DNA of 61,192 nt from a bacterium (GTDB lineage Bacteria; Actinomycetota; Acidimicrobiia; Spongiisociales; JAENVV01): assembly GCA_024639975.1 (NCBI GenBank), contig JAHEFX010000003.1, forward strand, positions 1 through 61,192, in the 5' to 3' direction. The translations under genes were made by a program, and so were the position numbers. Below are positions 60,891-61,192 of this stretch, piece after piece; positions within the stretch are counted from its first letter, which is position 1, and every line of letters starts with the position of its first letter. The notes below the pieces were generated by a model, which worked only from the letters and a program-made list of their open reading frames with translations, searched no databases and was not told the DNA's origin.

Positions 60891-61192
60891 TCAGCCGATC
60901 GGCCGTCGCCCCTCGGCAGCGGCTTCGATGATCGCCCCCATCCGCCGCTCCCTCGTGGCGTCGCGCTTCGCCGACTTCAGCCACCACAAGCACTGCTTCT
61001 TGAAGCTCGGCGGGTAGTCCTCCCACGTCGCCCGCGCCTCGGGCGACCGATCGAGCGCCGCGGCCAGGTCGGGTGGCTCCACCAAGGCGTCGATGTCGTC
61101 GAGGATGTTCCAGCTCCCGTCGGCTTTCGCCCGGTCGACGGCCGACTGGCCGCGATCGGTCATCCGGCCCTCCTGCTGCAACTTCGCGACCT
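60891..61192 (-). CDS. YdeI/OmpD-associated family protein, C-terminal part (gene probably continues beyond the window)
   Basis: The frame is open to the window edge. The C-terminus ...PEARATWEDYPPSFKKQCLWWLKSAKRDATRERRMGAIIEAAAEGRRPIG matches the YdeI-type ending (recalled from memory). The Met at 61181 may not be the true start. Confidence 0.5.
   Translation of the reverse strand, partial: VAKLQQEGRMTDRGQSAVDRAKADGSWNILDDIDALVEPPDLAAALDRSPEARATWEDYPPSFKKQCLWWLKSAKRDATRERRMGAIIEAAAEGRRPIG

Overview
Very GC-rich, gene-dense bacterial chromosome segment with almost no non-coding space. It most likely comes from an Actinomycetota (Acidimicrobiia-like) core genome. That is an inference from three things: the gene order mfd-mazG-eno-ftsB-DUF501-ppx matches mycobacterial Rv1020-Rv1026, GTG/TTG starts are frequent, and many junctions are ATGA/GTGA-coupled.

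Content in order:
- tail of an upstream gene
- MMPL/RND exporter + TetR
- MFS, then a lone LMW-PTP-type ArsC
- xylA-orf-xylB
- an alpha/beta hydrolase, an MFS, a small membrane protein, a secreted repeat protein
- a complete 14-gene nuoA-N operon
- TauE/SafE exporter
- a B-family (ba3-type) cytochrome oxidase operon, including a 50-aa subunit IIa ORF that is absent from the supplied track
- rhodanese divergent from a CsoR/CstR-family repressor, with operator-like palindromes between them
- NUDIX, rplY-pth, a membrane protein
- glpK-pgsA-NDT-like-SDR-thioesterase
- mfd, a PPIase lipoprotein, YabN-type MazG fusion, eno, ftsB-like, DUF501, ppx, GNAT
- a Ca-type P-type ATPase
- one tRNA (anticodon TAA, atypical shape)
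- ABM monooxygenase, AceK, PNPOx-like, Usp, Kup, MoaA
- tandem glycine riboswitch with gcvT-gcvP
- a truncated YdeI-like gene

I saw no CRISPR array, rRNA, transposase, integrase or phage gene, and no recognisable defence system. Most long ORFs in the track are wrong-frame or antisense artefacts of high GC, or upstream run-ons of real genes.

I did not find a clear-cut novel multi-gene system. The observations most worth a second look are:
- a dispersed ~35-nt C-run/G-run hairpin repeat family (6 copies, one inside the nuo operon)
- the class-I-shaped tRNA with a UAA anticodon, lying antisense between two minus-strand genes
- the sulfur-stress module (TauE, rhodanese, CstR-like) bracketing the ba3 oxidase
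- an AceK homologue in this lineage context
- uncharacterised genes translationally coupled inside the xyl and glpK-pgsA clusters
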